Shown here piece after piece: positions 62,552 to 64,000 of a stretch of 64,000 nt of DNA. How positions within the stretch are numbered: the first letter of the stretch is position 1; every line of letters begins with the position of its first letter. Location of the stretch: contig CAWDLV010000002.1 of NCBI GenBank assembly GCA_963803355.1, positions 146,829-210,828 on the forward strand, written 5' to 3'. The translations under genes were made by a program, and so were the position numbers. The notes under the pieces were generated by a model, which did no database searches, was not told the origin of the DNA, and worked only from the letters and a program-made list of their open reading frames with translations. This DNA is from an uncultured Acidimicrobiales bacterium. Its GTDB lineage: Bacteria; Actinomycetota; Acidimicrobiia; Acidimicrobiales; Ilumatobacteraceae.

Positions 62552-63358
62552 ATGGACGCCGCTCGGACGACGGACCTGCTCGAGGAGACCTGGCGGGCGA
62601 CGATCGCCCTCGGCCACGACCTCACCGCCGACGAGTGGGAGCTGCCCACCGACTGCCCGGGCTGGACCGTGAAGGACCACGTCTCCCACCTCATCGGCAC
62701 CGAGCGGATGCTGCAGGAGCTGCCGCCGGCCGACGCCGATCCGGGACCCCGGACCTACGTGAAGAACGCGATCGGCGAGCTCAACGAGCGCGAGGTGGAG
62801 TCCCGACGAGGGCGCAGCGGTACCGAGGTGCTGGCCGAGCTGGAGGAGCTGGTGGCCCTGCGCCTCGCCACCCTGCGGGGCGCCGATGCCGCCTACTTCA
62901 CGCAGGAGCGGATGACGCCGACCGGCCCCGGCACCATGCTCGACTTCCTGGGGATCCGCATCCTCGACTGCTTCGTCCACGAGCAGGACATCCGGCGGGC
63001 CGTCGGGCGGCCCGGCCACCTGGGTGGCGGTCCGGCCGAGCACACCATCGACCGCCTGATCCGCACCCTTCCCATCGTCGTCGGCAAGCGGGCCGCAGCG
63101 CCCGAGGGCTCGATGAGCATCATCACCATCGACGGGCCGGTCGAGCGAACCATCCCGGTCGCGGTCGAAGGAGGCCGAGCCAAGGTGGTCGAGGATGTCG
63201 AGCACGATCCGCTCGTCACCGTCGCCATGGACACCGAGACGTTCCTCGTGCTGGCCGTGGGCCGACAGGACGCCCAGGCCCGAGCCGACCGGATCACCAT
63301 CACCGGGGACGAGGCGCTGGGGCGGGCCATCGCCGCCAACCTGAACATGATGATCTGA
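62552..63358 (+). CDS. Mycothiol-dependent maleylpyruvate isomerase-like (DinB_2/MDMPI) family protein, paralog 2.
   Basis: The intact 268-aa ORF is MDAARTTDLLEETWRATIALGHDLTADEWELPTDCPGWTVKDHVSHLIGTE. It is the same family as 15494..16276. Confidence 0.7.
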   Translation: MDAARTTDLLEETWRATIALGHDLTADEWELPTDCPGWTVKDHVSHLIGTERMLQELPPADADPGPRTYVKNAIGELNEREVESRRGRSGTEVLAELEELVALRLATLRGADAAYFTQERMTPTGPGTMLDFLGIRILDCFVHEQDIRRAVGRPGHLGGGPAEHTIDRLIRTLPIVVGKRAAAPEGSMSIITIDGPVERTIPVAVEGGRAKVVEDVEHDPLVTVAMDTETFLVLAVGRQDAQARADRITITGDEALGRAIAANLNMMI

Positions 63359-63408
63359 GCGAGACGGACTGCGGGCGCGCAGCTTGGGGTTGCGGACAGC
63401 TCGTCGGC

Positions 63409-63867
63409 TCAGATCGACGCCTCGCCCGGCTCGGCCACCGGTCCCACCGCGCCGATCGCCTCGAAGTAGGCGAGGTGGGCGTCCACCACATGGGCGACGT
63501 CCTCGTCGGTCACGTCGATGTCCAGCCGCTCGGCTTGGCCGATGAGGTATCCCACGGCGTCGGTCTCATCGATCACGACCGGATCGACGATCTCCTGCAC
63601 TTGGTCGACGGCGACCGGGGGCTGGAGACCCTGGGCCCGGAGCTGGGCCATGTGGGCCCGCAGGAGGGCCCGCACGTCATCGTGGGTGAGCCGAGCCTGG
63701 GCCGCCCCGGGCAGGTGGTCGGCGACGTAGTCGACCGCCTCGTCCAGCACGTAGACGCTGCGCGGCGCCACCGAGTCCAGCCGGCGGGCTTCACGGCCGA
63801 TGGCGACGGCAGCGATGACGAAGACCGCGAGCACGGCGAAGGCCAGGATGAGGATGACGGCGACCAC
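63409..63867 (-). CDS. Membrane-anchored hypothetical protein.
   Basis: The N-terminal TM is MVAVILILAFAVLAVFVIAAVAIG. The remainder is an acidic soluble domain. The ORF is intact. Confidence 0.45.
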   Translation of the reverse strand: MVAVILILAFAVLAVFVIAAVAIGREARRLDSVAPRSVYVLDEAVDYVADHLPGAAQARLTHDDVRALLRAHMAQLRAQGLQPPVAVDQVQEIVDPVVIDETDAVGYLIGQAERLDIDVTDEDVAHVVDAHLAYFEAIGAVGPVAEPGEASI

Positions 63868-63913
63868 GAGCCGTGAGGGTAGCGATCAGGGTCCGCCCGT
63901 ATGCTCGCCGGCC

Positions 63914-64000
63914 ATGAGCACACTCGTCACCGGCGGAGCCGGCTACATCGGATCCCACACCGCCCGCCTGCTCCGGAATCTCGGCCGCGAGGTCGTGGTG
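63914..64000 (+). CDS. galE: UDP-glucose 4-epimerase / NAD-dependent epimerase, 5' fragment; it runs off the right edge of the window.
   Basis: MSTLVTGGAGYIGSHTARLLRNLGREVVV is the classic GalE Rossmann N-terminus (TGGAGYIGSH). Confidence 0.6.
   Translation, partial: MSTLVTGGAGYIGSHTARLLRNLGREVVV

Overview
This is a high-GC (about 70%+) actinobacterial chromosomal segment. The gene content is actinobacterial: mycothiol-type DinB_2/MDMPI enzymes, a WhiB-like regulator, PafB/PafC, F420 CofC/FbiD, HU with a Lys/Ala-rich PAKKA tail, DUF4333/DUF429, and a mycobacteria-like gpsA-fbiD...hupB neighbourhood. The presence of mreBCD points to a rod-shaped non-mycobacterial lineage such as Acidimicrobiia or Thermoleophilia.

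I can support about 70 protein-coding genes. I found no rRNA, tRNA, transposase, integrase or CRISPR. The genes, in order along the window:
- mreD/mreC/mreB, ndk, folC, clpX, clpP and tig, on the minus strand.
- A CDGSH iron-sulfur protein and a GH38 alpha-mannosidase.
- gpsA, divergent cofC, and a PIG-L deacetylase.
- hupB, a DUF429 protein, a HIT hydrolase, phoH2, a whiB-like gene, a DnaQ-like exonuclease, and pafB/pafC.
- A B12-binding mutase domain gene, hbd, and a complete LIV-type ABC importer operon with an embedded acyl-CoA ligase.
- Flotillin, NfeD and a CBS protein; rarD and a DUF4333 lipoprotein.
- A GH13 alpha-glucosidase, a DUF305 protein, a tandem YpfJ-like metallopeptidase, ppx/gppA, a secreted lipase and an L,D-transpeptidase.
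- A GT2-methyltransferase-GT2 operon, an HhH-GPD protein, a DUF559 protein and rnhA.
- aceE, followed by an ABC-transporter-dependent (Wzm/Wzt) glycan assembly locus.

The glycan locus is the main finding. It comprises gmd, an N-terminal coiled-coil / C-terminal methyltransferase protein, three GT4 modules, and wzm/wzt, where Wzt carries a C-terminal glycan-binding domain.

Many conserved genes (tig, hupB, phoH2, pafBC, hbd, GH13, ppx, aceE, gmd and others) are interrupted by apparent single-base indels. These cluster in three blocks. Gene coordinates inside those blocks are approximate; they are most likely assembly or sequencing errors rather than true pseudogenes.

Non-coding observations: a 54-bp palindromic hairpin element with a downstream G-rich repeat tract occurs twice; there are VNTR-like 33-bp and 49-bp tandem repeats; and there are several strong hairpin terminators.
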